Shown here: in pieces, positions 1 to 9,824 of the stretch
Numbering within the stretch: the stretch's first letter is position 1
How the letters are laid out: every line of letters starts with the position of its first letter
Assembly: GCA_041492755.1 (NCBI GenBank)
Contig: JBGPXN010000006.1
Location: 1-59,771 of the forward strand
DNA from: Candidatus Methylomirabilia bacterium
Lineage (GTDB): Bacteria > Methylomirabilota > Methylomirabilia > Rokubacteriales > CSP1-6
DNA: 59,771 bases
Direction of reading: 5' to 3'
Notes under the pieces: model-generated
Database searches by the model: none
Told to the model about the DNA's origin: nothing
The model's input: only the letters and a program-made list of their open reading frames with translations
Position numbers and translations under genes: made by a program

Positions 1-356
1 GCGGCCAGACGCTCTACCACTTCTGCTAGCGGCGACGCCGGGGTCGGCTGCCGGTAGATCGCGTCGAACGACCGCATCGCCTGGGCGACGCCCGTCTCAC
101 CGAGGCGCTCGCAGAGAACGACGGTGTCGAGATAGTCCCGCACGGTGTGCCGGATCACGAGCAGCCAAGCCTTGATCCGTGTCATCTCCTCGAGCGTAGG
201 GACACGGAGCCCCGCAACCTCCTCGATCTCCAGGGGTCGCGTACGGCGAAGCTGGCGAACGCCGGTGAGGATGCCGTCGAGCTGACCGAGGATGAGCACG
301 GGCCGCTGCACACGCTCGGTCGACCAGCCCGCCACGGCCTGCCATGACGGGTGCAT
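1..356 (-). pseudogene. N-terminally truncated AbiEii/AbiGii-like nucleotidyltransferase fragment (runs off the left edge)
   Basis: Minus frame not in the ORF track: MHPSWQAVAGWSTERVQRPVLILGQLDGILTGVRQLRRTRPLEIEEVAGLRVPTLEEMTRIKAWLLVIRHTVRDYLD... The PT..E...K...R...RDYLD pattern resembles the C-terminal half of AbiEii-type NTases. The N-terminal GG-x-A / DxD catalytic part is absent from the open upstream frame. Confidence 0.5.
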
Positions 357-673
357 TGTGCCATGTGGTTCCCGATGACTTCTACTCAGCGCTCTCAATT
401 CCGGGCAGTGATCGTGATTCGGCGCGCGACCCTCTACCGCACGCTCTTGGCTTGGATTACTCATGAACACGCACACCGCGATCGACCGGGGGGCACGGGC
501 GGAGATGGGGGGATGGGGTCCGGGTGACCCATTTCCCGCCACGCGAGACGACGACATCACCGTAGAGAATGGGAACGGCTCGCCGGTGATCGGTACGCCG
601 TCGGTTGTGGTCAGAGGACCCCGTCCCCCCAGCTCCGGCCGTGCTCCCCGGTCGGCGAACGCGTCGCGCGGCC

Positions 674-2230
674 TCACTTCTTTTTGAGCCGCACCTCTTC
701 GAGAGGCGCCGACCAGGGGTACGGGTTGATGAGCATCAGCGCGGGCTCCTCCACGCGGGGCCCCACCCCGCTCGGCCAGATGTATTCCCAGATGGGCGCG
801 AACCTCACGCGCTCGTGGAGGAGCTGCTGGATCTGGTGCAGTAGCGCCTCGCGCTTGCGGCGATCGGTCACGAGGGCCTGCTCCTTGTACAGCGCGTCGA
901 TGTCGGGATAGCTCCCATAGGCATAGGCGCCGGTACTCGGGACCAGCTCCGACATCCGCGACGCGGCGTTGCCGTACAGCGCGGTCGCGCACACGCAGAC
1001 CCCGCGCAGCTTCTTCGCCAGCAGCGCCGAGGTGTAGGCCGCGCGCTCCATCGGCCGCATCTTCAGCCTGATCCCCACGGCGCCGAGATACCCCATGATC
1101 GTCTCGCCCATCGAGAAATAAGGGGGAAGCTGGTGCAGCTCCCCGGCATCGAAGCCGTTGGGGTAGCCGGCCTCGGCCAGCAACTGCTTCGCCTTCCCCG
1201 GGTCGTAGGGATAGGGCTCGATGGGCAGCGCGAACTCGAAGGTACGCGGGACGATGCTCCCCACGGGCTTGGAGGCCCCGAGCGTTTCCGCCTCGCTCAG
1301 CGCCCGGCGATCGATGGCGTAGTTCGCGGCGAGCCGCACCCGCCGGTCGGCCCAGGGGGACTTCGGGTCCCACTGGTCGAGGAAATCCAGGAAGAACGAC
1401 GCGATCCCTCCGGAGAAGGCGAGCTTCAGCGTGGGATCCCGCTTCACCTCCTGGGCCTGCGGGACGTCGAGCAGGTAGGCAACATCGACTTCCCCGCGCT
1501 TCAGCATCGCCGCGCGCGTGATGGCCTCGGGCACGCTCTTGAAGACGAGCCGCTTCACCGAGGGCATCTTGCGCCAGTAGCCCTCGTACGCCTCCATGAC
1601 CAGCTCGATGCCGGGCGCGTGACTCACGAACTTGTAGGGGCCAAGGCCGATGGGGTGCTTCCTGAAGCCGTCATCGCCCACCCGCTCGACGTACTTCTTC
1701 GGCACGACCCAGCCGGCCCCGCTCACGAGCGTCCCGTAGAACGTCATGAAGTCGGGCCAGGGGTCATGCAGATGGAAGCGCACCCGGTAGGGATCGACGA
1801 TCGCAATCTCCCGGACCTTGTCGTGGAGGATCTTCGATCCCTTGGCCCGATGGAAGCTGAACCGCACGTCCTCGGCGGTGAAGGGGTCGCCGTTGTGGAA
1901 CTTCAATCCCTCGCGCAGCTTGAATTCATAGACCCGCTGATCCGCGCTCACCGTCCAGGACTCGGCAAGGCTCGGCGTCAGCAGATTGCCCGGCATGGGT
2001 TTGACGACCGCGTCGTGGATGGCATAGAGCACCCAGAACGGGGTGAGGCCCCCGATCTCTCCCGGATCGAACCACATCGGTGACAACGTCACGTACAGCG
2101 CCCAGCGCATCTCCCCTTCCGGCTTCGGCTGGGCCGTCGCTTCCCCGAATGGATCGCCCACGAGCAGGACGCACAGCAGGCCGGCGGCGGCCAACGCGAA
2201 CGATAGTGAACGGCTCCGTGTGGAGTTCAT
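674..2230 (-). CDS. ABC transporter substrate-binding protein, family 5 (DppA/OppA-like)
   Basis: Signal-like N-terminus (MNSTRSRSLSFALAAAGLL). Family-5 signature LAESWTVSADQRVYEFKLREGLKFHNGDPFTAEDV, plus PIGLGPYK. Start placed at ATG 2230 downstream of GGAGGG. Confidence 0.92.
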   Translation of the reverse strand: MNSTRSRSLSFALAAAGLLCVLLVGDPFGEATAQPKPEGEMRWALYVTLSPMWFDPGEIGGLTPFWVLYAIHDAVVKPMPGNLLTPSLAESWTVSADQRVYEFKLREGLKFHNGDPFTAEDVRFSFHRAKGSKILHDKVREIAIVDPYRVRFHLHDPWPDFMTFYGTLVSGAGWVVPKKYVERVGDDGFRKHPIGLGPYKFVSHAPGIELVMEAYEGYWRKMPSVKRLVFKSVPEAITRAAMLKRGEVDVAYLLDVPQAQEVKRDPTLKLAFSGGIASFFLDFLDQWDPKSPWADRRVRLAANYAIDRRALSEAETLGASKPVGSIVPRTFEFALPIEPYPYDPGKAKQLLAEAGYPNGFDAGELHQLPPYFSMGETIMGYLGAVGIRLKMRPMERAAYTSALLAKKLRGVCVCATALYGNAASRMSELVPSTGAYAYGSYPDIDALYKEQALVTDRRKREALLHQIQQLLHERVRFAPIWEYIWPSGVGPRVEEPALMLINPYPWSAPLEEVRLKKK

Positions 2231-2544
2231 GCGCTTTCCCTCCGTCCCGTCGTCCCGTCCATCCCGGAACCCCGGGTGGCCGGTATCCTCGCCTTGCTGG
2301 CCGTCGGACGCAAGACGCTCCACGACGTATCAGCGCGCAGGGATGTCCGGCGTGCGCGAGCGCGCGCCGGCTCCCGACCGCCCGCCGTGATCATGCACCT
2401 TTGGTTCGCCACGCTGACCTGCCGTGCAGAGGCCGTGTGCCCGTCACGACACACCGTGCGCCGTGTGCAACCCGCTTGACTTGGCAGGGCGGGACGCCTA
2501 GTTATGGCGGGCTGCCATCTCGCGGCACAAGGAGGACATCACCC

Positions 2545-3612
2545 ATGCGCATCCTCACTCGCGGCATGCTCCTGACACTGCTCGCCGTCGGCGTCCTCGC
2601 GCTGCCCGTTCACGCGTGGGACCGCGGCGAGGTCAAGACCTTCGCCAGCCTTCCCCCCGGCGCCGCCCATCCGGAAGGCATCACCGTGGATCGGGCCGGC
2701 AACGTCTACGTGACCACGTTCGACGTCGCGCGGGCAGGCGTGACCGACGAGGTCGGTCACCTCTTCGTCTTCCGCCACAACGGGCAGCTGCGCCGCCAGG
2801 TCGCGGTCCAGAACTCGAGCCCGCTGCTGCTGGACCTCGCCTTTCACCCGCGCACCGGCGCCCTCCTGGTGATCGACTTCGGCGGGTCGCAGGTGCTGGA
2901 GGTCGATCCCGTGACGGGCGAGTCGCACGTGTTCACCAGCCTCGCCGACCAGGGGCAACCCGGACTCAACGTGCTCACCTTCGACCGGGACGGCAACGTG
3001 TACATCTCCGCGTCCTTCGCGGGCAAGATCTTCAAGACCGGCCCGACCGGCGGGGCGGCGGAGGTCTGGGTCGAGAGCGCGCTGCTCCGGACCACAGGAG
3101 TCCCCGGCTTCGGCGCCAACGGGCTTGCCTTCAACAACGCCCACACCCACCTGTTCGTGGCCAACACTGGCAACGACACCATCGTGAAGATCCCCGTCGA
3201 CGCCAGCGGGAACGCCGGCACCCCGGCGGTGTTCGTAAACAGTGTCAACGGCGCCGACGGCCTGATCATCGACGAGCACGACAACCTGTGGGTGGCGGCG
3301 AACCAGGCCGACGAGATCGTGGTGATCCACCCGACGGGACGGGTCATCGCCAAGCTCGGCGACTTCGACGGGCTCGACCGGCACGGTGCCCCCAGCGGAC
3401 TCCTCTTCCCGGCAAGCCTCGTGCGCTCGGGCGAGTTCCTCTACGTCACCAACCTCGCCATCGACCTCAGGCTCTTCGACATGGCCGGCGCGGAGACGAA
3501 CGGAACGATCGATTCGCCGTGGGCGGCCGACGTGAGAGTCCACACGATCGCGAAGCTCAAGGCGCGCATCCCGCACGTGCATGGCCTGCGGGCCGTGCAA
3601 AACGGGGAATAG
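2545..3612 (+). CDS. Secreted SMP-30/gluconolactonase/LRE-like beta-propeller protein
   Basis: AAGGAGG RBS, signal peptide ending VHA-W, and propeller motifs HPEGITVD, GANGLAF, GADGLIID. Confidence 0.85.
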   Translation: MRILTRGMLLTLLAVGVLALPVHAWDRGEVKTFASLPPGAAHPEGITVDRAGNVYVTTFDVARAGVTDEVGHLFVFRHNGQLRRQVAVQNSSPLLLDLAFHPRTGALLVIDFGGSQVLEVDPVTGESHVFTSLADQGQPGLNVLTFDRDGNVYISASFAGKIFKTGPTGGAAEVWVESALLRTTGVPGFGANGLAFNNAHTHLFVANTGNDTIVKIPVDASGNAGTPAVFVNSVNGADGLIIDEHDNLWVAANQADEIVVIHPTGRVIAKLGDFDGLDRHGAPSGLLFPASLVRSGEFLYVTNLAIDLRLFDMAGAETNGTIDSPWAADVRVHTIAKLKARIPHVHGLRAVQNGE

Positions 3613-3613
3613 C

Positions 3614-3694
3614 GCCCGCGGTTTCGCGCGCCGGCTTTGCCGGTGCAACTGTTCGCGGGGAGGACTCGGAGGGGGGCCGTCGAGACCCCCCTGA
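3614..3694. repeat. Intergenic palindromic (REP-like) element
   Basis: Hairpins CCGGC-TTT-GCCGG and GGGGG-CCGTCGAGA-CCCCC. On the minus strand it shares the CCGGC-RAA-GCCG hairpin with the repeats at 21529 and 59690. Confidence 0.5.
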
Positions 3695-3803
3695 TAGTTC
3701 TCGGCGAAGACGTCACAGGGTCTCCGCAACCTCATTGACACCGTCTTCGAGCACCTGTAGGTTCCAGGCCACCGCAGTCTTCACTCCAGAGGAGGAGCAC
3801 ATC

Positions 3804-4388
3804 ATGAGCACTCGCCACGTCAGAGTCCTGCTGGTCACGCTCTTCGCGGCACTGCTGATCGCCTCGGTGCCCGGCTCGGCCCACGCCCAGGCAACGTCCC
3901 TGTTCCTCAAGATCACCGGGATCAACGCGCTCGTCGGGTGCGGGCTCTCGTTAGACGCCCGCCACAAGGGCGAGATCATCCTGCGCAGCGTCGAGGAGAA
4001 CATCTTCCACCCGACCGATCCCATCACGGGCCTGCCGCTCGGTACCTCAGTGGATGGCCGCACCCTCAAGGTCGTCAAGGATCCGGACCCGTGCAGCCCG
4101 ACCCTCTTCCTGACGATGCTCCAAGACCGCTTGGTCCAGGAGATCAACATCTTCTTCGTCAGGACGGTCGCGGAAATCCCACGCGAGGTCGCGACCATCC
4201 GCGCCAGCGACGTCCAGATTGTCGGGATCAATCTGGCGAGTAACGCGGGCGGTGCCGCGACCGAGATCGTGTCCTTCGCGCTGTTGGGCCAGCTGCAGCT
4301 CACGGTGTTGAAGTTCGACGAGACAACGGGCCAGCCCGCCGGGTCTATCACGACCTGCTGGAGCTTCGCGGCTAACAAGCGCTGCTGA
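3804..4388 (+). CDS. hcp: Hcp (type VI secretion tube)-like protein with N-terminal Sec signal peptide
   Basis: GGAGGAG RBS and signal peptide ending AHA-Q. Hcp-like pattern FLKITG..G.S.D..HKGEI, K..D..SP.L, I...DV.I, E.VSF, and C-terminal W....NK. Confidence 0.75.
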   Translation: MSTRHVRVLLVTLFAALLIASVPGSAHAQATSLFLKITGINALVGCGLSLDARHKGEIILRSVEENIFHPTDPITGLPLGTSVDGRTLKVVKDPDPCSPTLFLTMLQDRLVQEINIFFVRTVAEIPREVATIRASDVQIVGINLASNAGGAATEIVSFALLGQLQLTVLKFDETTGQPAGSITTCWSFAANKRC

Positions 4389-4447
4389 CCCCGGACGGCG
4401 GCGTCACATCAATTGCGCGCGCCCGTGGCCTCCGCTAAGGTGCGGCC

Positions 4448-5818
4448 ATGGGCGCCCTGACCCGCATCGCCGAGTTCGTCGCGAAGACCTCGCTGGACGA
4501 TTGCCCACCTGCCGCCGTCGCCCAGGTTCGTCGGGCGGCGCTGGATACGCTGGGCGTCATGCTCGCGGGCGCGTCGGAGCCGGTTGCGCGCATCGTGCGC
4601 GCGCTGGCCCGCGCGGAGGGCGGCACGCCCCTCTGCACCGTGGCCGGGACGTCGCTCCGCACGAGCCCGACGTGGGCGGCGCTGGCCAACGGCGCGGCCG
4701 GCCACGCGCACGACTTCGACGACACGTCGTTCGCGCTCATGGGCCATCCCAGCATCTCGCTGGTGGCGGCAGCGCTCGCCGCAGGCGAGGCGGCGATGGT
4801 GGACGGTCGAACCGTCGCGCTCGGTTACGTAGTCGGCTTCGAGATCGCGGCCACGCTCGGCACGATCCTGAACCCCGCACACTACTCGCGCGGGTGGCAC
4901 GCGACGTCGACCATTGGCACACTTGGCGCCGCCGCGTCCGCGGCGCGTATCGGCGGGCTCGACGTGCTCCAGATCCAGCACGCGCTCGGCATCGCGTGCT
5001 CGCTGGCCTCGGGGCTGAAGGAAAATTTCGGCTCGATGACCAAGCCGTACCACGCCGGCCACGCCGCCCGGAACGGCGTGCTCGCCGCGGAGCTGGCGCG
5101 CCTCGGCATGACCGCGTCGGAGAGCGCGCTCGACGGCTCGCAGGGTTACCTCGCCGCGTTCGGCGACGGTGCCGAGCAGAAGCTTTCGGCCGCGCTCGAT
5201 GCGCTCGGCCAGCGCTGGCATCTGGTCGACACCGGCATCGCCGTGAAGCCGTATCCGTCGTGCGCGCTCACCCACTCGGCCGTCGACGCGCTCATCGAGC
5301 TCAGCCAGACGCACGCGCTGCGCGCCGCCGACGTCGCCGCGGTCGAGGTCGGCGTGAACACCGTGGTACCGCCAGTCCTTCGCCATCCGGTGCCGGTCAC
5401 GGCGCTCGAGCGCAAGTTCTCCATGCCGTACTGCGCGGCGGCCGCGCTCGCCCACCGGCGGCTCGACATCGACTCGTTCGAGGATGGCCCCGTGCGTGAC
5501 CCCGCCGTGCGCGATCTGATGCCGCGCGTCCACATGACCGTCGATCTAGCGCTGCCCGCCGGGCTCGATCAGCAGGCCTGGAGCCGCGTCACCGTGCGGC
5601 TCACCGACGGCCGAACGCTGGCGCTCCCGCCGCGCGGCGCGCGCGGCCACCCGGACAATCCGCTGTCACCGGACGCCCTGCGCGCGAAGTTCCTGGCGTG
5701 CGCGGCCATGGCCGTGCCGGTGGCGGAGGCGGAAGGCATCGCCGAGCAGCTGGAGCACCTGGAGGAGATCCCGGACGTCCGCGCGCTCACGTCGCGCCTC
5801 GCCGGCGCCGCCGAGTGA
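4448..5818 (+). CDS. MmgE/PrpD family protein
   Basis: ALANGAAGHAHDFDD, GHPS, GWHATST, KPYHAG, KPYPSC, KFSMPY motifs. Confidence 0.93.
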   Translation: MGALTRIAEFVAKTSLDDCPPAAVAQVRRAALDTLGVMLAGASEPVARIVRALARAEGGTPLCTVAGTSLRTSPTWAALANGAAGHAHDFDDTSFALMGHPSISLVAAALAAGEAAMVDGRTVALGYVVGFEIAATLGTILNPAHYSRGWHATSTIGTLGAAASAARIGGLDVLQIQHALGIACSLASGLKENFGSMTKPYHAGHAARNGVLAAELARLGMTASESALDGSQGYLAAFGDGAEQKLSAALDALGQRWHLVDTGIAVKPYPSCALTHSAVDALIELSQTHALRAADVAAVEVGVNTVVPPVLRHPVPVTALERKFSMPYCAAAALAHRRLDIDSFEDGPVRDPAVRDLMPRVHMTVDLALPAGLDQQAWSRVTVRLTDGRTLALPPRGARGHPDNPLSPDALRAKFLACAAMAVPVAEAEGIAEQLEHLEEIPDVRALTSRLAGAAE

Positions 5819-5861
5819 GCGGCCTACACCGAGCCCGCTGACCCGGTCGAAGGAGACATCC

Positions 5862-7052
5862 ATGGGAGCGCTCGACGGAATCAAGGTCCTCGAAGTGGCG
5901 CGGGTGCCGCCGGCGGAGATGCCCGGCATGCTGATGGCTGACATGGGCGCCGACGTGCTGAAGATCGAGACGCCCGAGCCCAACCGCGCGCATCGGGGGG
6001 ACGACGATCGGCGCGCCGCCTTCGCCTTCGTCAATCGCAACAAGCGCAGCATGGCGCTGAACATGAAATCGCCCGAGGGCCAGGCGATCTTTCGCAAGCT
6101 CGCGGCCGGCGCCGACGTGATCGTGGAGGGCTTCCGGCCCGGCGTCATGAAGCGGCTGGGGGCCGACTACGAGACGATCCGCGCGCTGAACCCGCGCCTC
6201 GTCTACTGCTCGCTGTCGGGCTTCGGCCAGGACGGCCCCTACCGCGACTACCCGGCCCACGACATGAACTACCTCTCGCTCGCCGGCGTCCTCGGCCTCA
6301 TCGGCGAGGCGGACCGCAAGCCCGCCATTCCGCTGAACCTCGTCGCCGACTACGCGGGCGCGAGCCTGCACGGCGCGCTCGGCATCGTGCTCGCGCTCTT
6401 CGCCCGCGAGCGCACCGGACGCGGCCAGCACGTGGACGTGTCGTACCTGGACACGACGATCTCGCTGCTCGCGGCCACGCCGAACATGCGCTTCTTCTTC
6501 AGCGACGGCCTGGCGCCGCGGCGCGGCCAGGGCTTTCTCGGCGGCTCGTATCCCTACTATGCGATCTACGAGACGCGTGACAAGAAGCTCCTGACCATCG
6601 GGTGCACCGAGCCGTGGCTCTGGGAGAACTTCTGCAAGGCGATCGGGCGCCCGGAGTTCAGCCGCTTTGCGCGCAAGGCCGATCAGTTCGTCCGCGCGGC
6701 GAACGCCGAGGAGGACGCGGCCCGGCGCCAGATCGAGGACATCATCCGCACCCGCGATCGCGACGAGTGGTACGATGTCCTCGTGAAGGCCGACGTGTGC
6801 GTGGGCAAGGTCTACGACGTCGAGGAGATGGTCCGCGATCCCCAGGTGAACCACCGCGAGATGATCGTGGAGGTCGAGCACCCGACCCACGGCAAGATCA
6901 AGGAGTTCGGGGTCGCCATCAAGCTCTCGGACACGCCCGGCACCGTGCGCCACGCGGCGCCCGCCTCCGGCGAGCACACCGAAGCGGTGCTGCGCGAGCT
7001 CGGGATGGCGGCGGAAATCTCGGCGTTGCGCGGGAAGGGCGTGATCGAGTAG
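5862..7052 (+). CDS. CoA-transferase family III (CaiB/BaiF)
   Basis: ADMGADVLKIE, NRNKRS, EGFRPGVM, GFGQDGPY, AHDMNY (catalytic Asp). Confidence 0.93.
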   Translation: MGALDGIKVLEVARVPPAEMPGMLMADMGADVLKIETPEPNRAHRGDDDRRAAFAFVNRNKRSMALNMKSPEGQAIFRKLAAGADVIVEGFRPGVMKRLGADYETIRALNPRLVYCSLSGFGQDGPYRDYPAHDMNYLSLAGVLGLIGEADRKPAIPLNLVADYAGASLHGALGIVLALFARERTGRGQHVDVSYLDTTISLLAATPNMRFFFSDGLAPRRGQGFLGGSYPYYAIYETRDKKLLTIGCTEPWLWENFCKAIGRPEFSRFARKADQFVRAANAEEDAARRQIEDIIRTRDRDEWYDVLVKADVCVGKVYDVEEMVRDPQVNHREMIVEVEHPTHGKIKEFGVAIKLSDTPGTVRHAAPASGEHTEAVLRELGMAAEISALRGKGVIE

Positions 7053-7075
7053 GAGCCGGGGCGCTCCTCGGCCGG

Positions 7076-8152
7076 CTACGCGGGCGCGACCGTCGGCGGG
7101 AAGTCGGGCAGCAGCGCGGCGCCGCTTTCGGACGCCAGCCACTCGCGGGTTGCCGTGTAACCGAACCGTAGCGCGGCCCGGCTGGCCTGGAAGCCCATCG
7201 AGGGCCCGAACAGCGGCGTGCCCGTCCGCGGGGGCTCGAGCAACACGAACTGCGTGCGCGGGAAGCGCGCCCGCAGCGTCGCCATGCCGAGCGTCAGGAG
7301 GTTCTGGCTGTAGATGCGGTTCGCCTGCTCCATGATCGTGTAGAGCCCGCGCTCCCGCATCGAGGCCGATCCTTCGTCCAGCCGCGTCGGGACGAGCGGG
7401 TTCACCACGACGACCAGGTCGGCTCCGGCTTCCGCCGCCAGGTCGGCGTGTCCGCTGAACCCCACGCCCCCGTCCACGTAGATCCGGCCGCCGATCGTGT
7501 AGGGATCGAAGAACCCGGGGATGGCCGAGGAGGCAGCAATGGCGTGGCTGATGGGCACGTCGTGCAGCCCGTCCCGGCCGAACACGACGCGCTCCGCGAT
7601 GTCCAGATCGATGGCCGGAATGAGGAGCGTCCGGGGCAGGGTGGCGAAGGTGTTGCTCAAGCCGCGAGCGGCGAACGTGTCCCGCATCCAGACCTCGAGT
7701 CCGGCGAGCGAGAAGAACCCGGTGGGCATGTCTCGCTCCGCCCGCGCCAGCATGTCGGGAATGGAGCCGCGAAAGCCGACCCAGGCGTTCTTGCCCATCG
7801 CCCACAGGAGCTGGCCAAATCTGCCGCATGCCCGGCGGAACGCGTCGTGGGCGTAGACGGCGGTGCGTCGGAAGTTCAGCGGATCGTCGAGGTCCTCGTC
7901 CAGCACGCGATAGAGCTCGGAGGCACGCACGCCGTTGGCAAGGAACGCGGCCACGACTGAGCCTGCGCTGCAACCCACGTAGATATCGAAGGGTTGGGTG
8001 CCCCACTGCTCTTCCACGGCAGCCAGCGCGCCGACTTCATACATTCCCCCCAGAACGCCGCCTCCGGCCAGGGCGAGGCCCCGGCGCGGCGCCTGGGCGG
8101 GTCGGGCCGCTCGGGAGCCGAATCGTAGGGTCAGGCGACGTAGAAACTGCAT
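7076..8152 (-). CDS. Patatin-like phospholipase
   Basis: GGGVLG oxyanion motif, GCSAG nucleophile elbow, ASSAIPG and DGG motifs. Confidence 0.9.
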   Translation of the reverse strand: MQFLRRLTLRFGSRAARPAQAPRRGLALAGGGVLGGMYEVGALAAVEEQWGTQPFDIYVGCSAGSVVAAFLANGVRASELYRVLDEDLDDPLNFRRTAVYAHDAFRRACGRFGQLLWAMGKNAWVGFRGSIPDMLARAERDMPTGFFSLAGLEVWMRDTFAARGLSNTFATLPRTLLIPAIDLDIAERVVFGRDGLHDVPISHAIAASSAIPGFFDPYTIGGRIYVDGGVGFSGHADLAAEAGADLVVVVNPLVPTRLDEGSASMRERGLYTIMEQANRIYSQNLLTLGMATLRARFPRTQFVLLEPPRTGTPLFGPSMGFQASRAALRFGYTATREWLASESGAALLPDFPPTVAPA

Positions 8153-8168
8153 CCCACGATCTTTACGT

Positions 8169-8185
8169 AGCAAGCACCTGGCCAG
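8169..8185 (-). promoter_or_regulatory. Putative sigma-54 (-24/-12) promoter of the patatin gene
   Basis: Minus strand CTGGCCAGGTGCTTGCT fits TGGCACG-N4-TTGC spacing, about 17 nt upstream of ATG 8152. Confidence 0.45.
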
Positions 8186-8291
8186 GATCCAACCGTCACA
8201 ATAAGCGCTCCCTCCGGGGAGTCCTTCAGTGGAAGCAACTTCCGATGACCACGAGCGGTTCATCGTTCCCCAGCTACGATAGGATGAGTTG

Positions 8292-9770
8292 ATGCCACGC
8301 TTCGGCGGTTTCCGATTCGCCTGGGCGCCCGTCCTGATCACCTATTTCTGTTACGGCGCCAGTGCCATCACGGCCATCGCCGATGTGTACTTCCAGAAGG
8401 AGGCGCTGGGCCTGACCCCGGCCGACGTGGCGGGGATCGCCTTCTGGCTGAGCCTGCCCTGGAGCATGAAGATGGTCGCCGGCGTGTCGGCCGACGTCTA
8501 TCCCCTGTTCGGCAGCCGGCGCGCGGCCTACCTCCTGCTCGGCGCCCTGTGCACGACCGCCGGCTACGTGCTGCTCGCCACGACCGTCGCCGGCCGAGGC
8601 AGCTATCTGTTCGCCACGCTGCTGCTGACCATCGGCTACATGGTCCAGGACGTCATCGCCGACGCGCTGAGCGTCGAGATCGCGCAGACCGACGAGGAGA
8701 TCGGCCAGATTCAGACCTACGGCCGGATGGCGCTGCTCGTCGGCGGCATCAGCGTGGGCTATCTCAGCGGCTGGCTCGCGGCGACGATCGGCAACCGCGC
8801 GACGTTCGGGCTCGCCACCGCGCTCCCGCTCCTGGTCGCCGCCACCGCGCCGTTCGTGCGGCGGGCGCGCCGCACCGTCCCGCGGCCGGCCGCTGCCCCG
8901 GCCGACGGCCCGCTCGGCGGAGGCCGCGCGCGGCTCGTGCTGATGGTCGGGCTCGGTTACGCGGGCCTCAGCGTTGCACTCGAGCTCCTCGACGTGGCGT
9001 TCGCCCAGGAGCTCGTCCTGGTGGTGTCGGCGGCGCTGATCGGCTTCCTGCTCAAGCGCGTGGGCATCAGTCGCGGCGTCGCCGTCGCCGCCATCGTGAT
9101 CTTCCTGTTCCGCGCCACGCCCTCGGTCGGTCAGGGCTACAGCTACTGGGCGATCGACAAGCTCGGCTTCGATCAGCGCTTCCTCGGCGTGCTCGCCCAG
9201 GTCAGCTCGGTGCTGAGCCTGGCCGGGCTGCTCGTGTTCCGCAAGACGATCGTCAAGCGCCCGGTCAGCTTCACGCTCTTCTGGGTGATGATCGTCAGCA
9301 CGCTCCTGTATCTGCCGAACGTCGGCCTCTTCTACGGCCTGCACGAGCGGCTGGGCGTCAGCGCGCGCACGCTGGCCTTCATCGACACGACGATCTCGGC
9401 GCCGCTCGAACAGCTCACCATGGTCCCGATGCTCGTGCTGATCGCGCGCAGCGCGCCGGTGGGTGCAGAGGCCACGATGTTCGCGATCATGGCCTCGCTG
9501 ATGAACCTCGCGCTGTCGGCGAGCCAGCTCTTTACCCGCTATCTCAACACCACGTTCAGCGTGACCCAGCAGGACTACTCCAACCTGGGATTGTTGATGA
9601 TCGCGGTCGGGGTGCTGAACCTGCTGCCGATCGTCACGCTGCCGCTGCTGCGGCGGGAAGAGCGGCCGGGCGGCGGTGTCGCGGGCGGCGGCGCGCCGAG
9701 GCCGGCGCTCGTGGGGCGAGCCGTCGAGCCCTCGGCGCCCGGGCCGGGCGGCGCCGCTTCACCGGTTTGA
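8292..9770 (+). CDS. MFS transporter, folate-biopterin (BT1) family-like
   Basis: PWSMKMVAGVSADVYPLFGSRR, DVIADALSVE, APVGAEATMFAIMASLMN; about 12 hydrophobic segments. Confidence 0.85.
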   Translation: MPRFGGFRFAWAPVLITYFCYGASAITAIADVYFQKEALGLTPADVAGIAFWLSLPWSMKMVAGVSADVYPLFGSRRAAYLLLGALCTTAGYVLLATTVAGRGSYLFATLLLTIGYMVQDVIADALSVEIAQTDEEIGQIQTYGRMALLVGGISVGYLSGWLAATIGNRATFGLATALPLLVAATAPFVRRARRTVPRPAAAPADGPLGGGRARLVLMVGLGYAGLSVALELLDVAFAQELVLVVSAALIGFLLKRVGISRGVAVAAIVIFLFRATPSVGQGYSYWAIDKLGFDQRFLGVLAQVSSVLSLAGLLVFRKTIVKRPVSFTLFWVMIVSTLLYLPNVGLFYGLHERLGVSARTLAFIDTTISAPLEQLTMVPMLVLIARSAPVGAEATMFAIMASLMNLALSASQLFTRYLNTTFSVTQQDYSNLGLLMIAVGVLNLLPIVTLPLLRREERPGGGVAGGGAPRPALVGRAVEPSAPGPGGAASPV

Positions 9771-9824
9771 GGCCCACTCCCGCGGCGCGATGACGGCCCT
9801 GCGTCGCAATGACAAATAGGTGCG

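Noticed and set aside
463-687. 74-aa ORF MNTHTAID...
   Set aside because: No RBS or recognisable motif, and it overlaps the end of the SBP gene.
3780-3789. TTCACTCCAG shared between the hcp leader and the region upstream of the GG peptide (about 46691)
   Set aside because: Only 10 nt, and in opposite orientation relative to the two genes; compatible with chance.
2616-3803. Long Arg-rich N-terminal extension of the 590-aa ORF, and the many long antisense or alternate-frame ORFs across the window
   Set aside because: Shadow ORFs typical of high-GC DNA: Arg/Gly/Pro-rich, no motifs, and overlapping well-supported genes.
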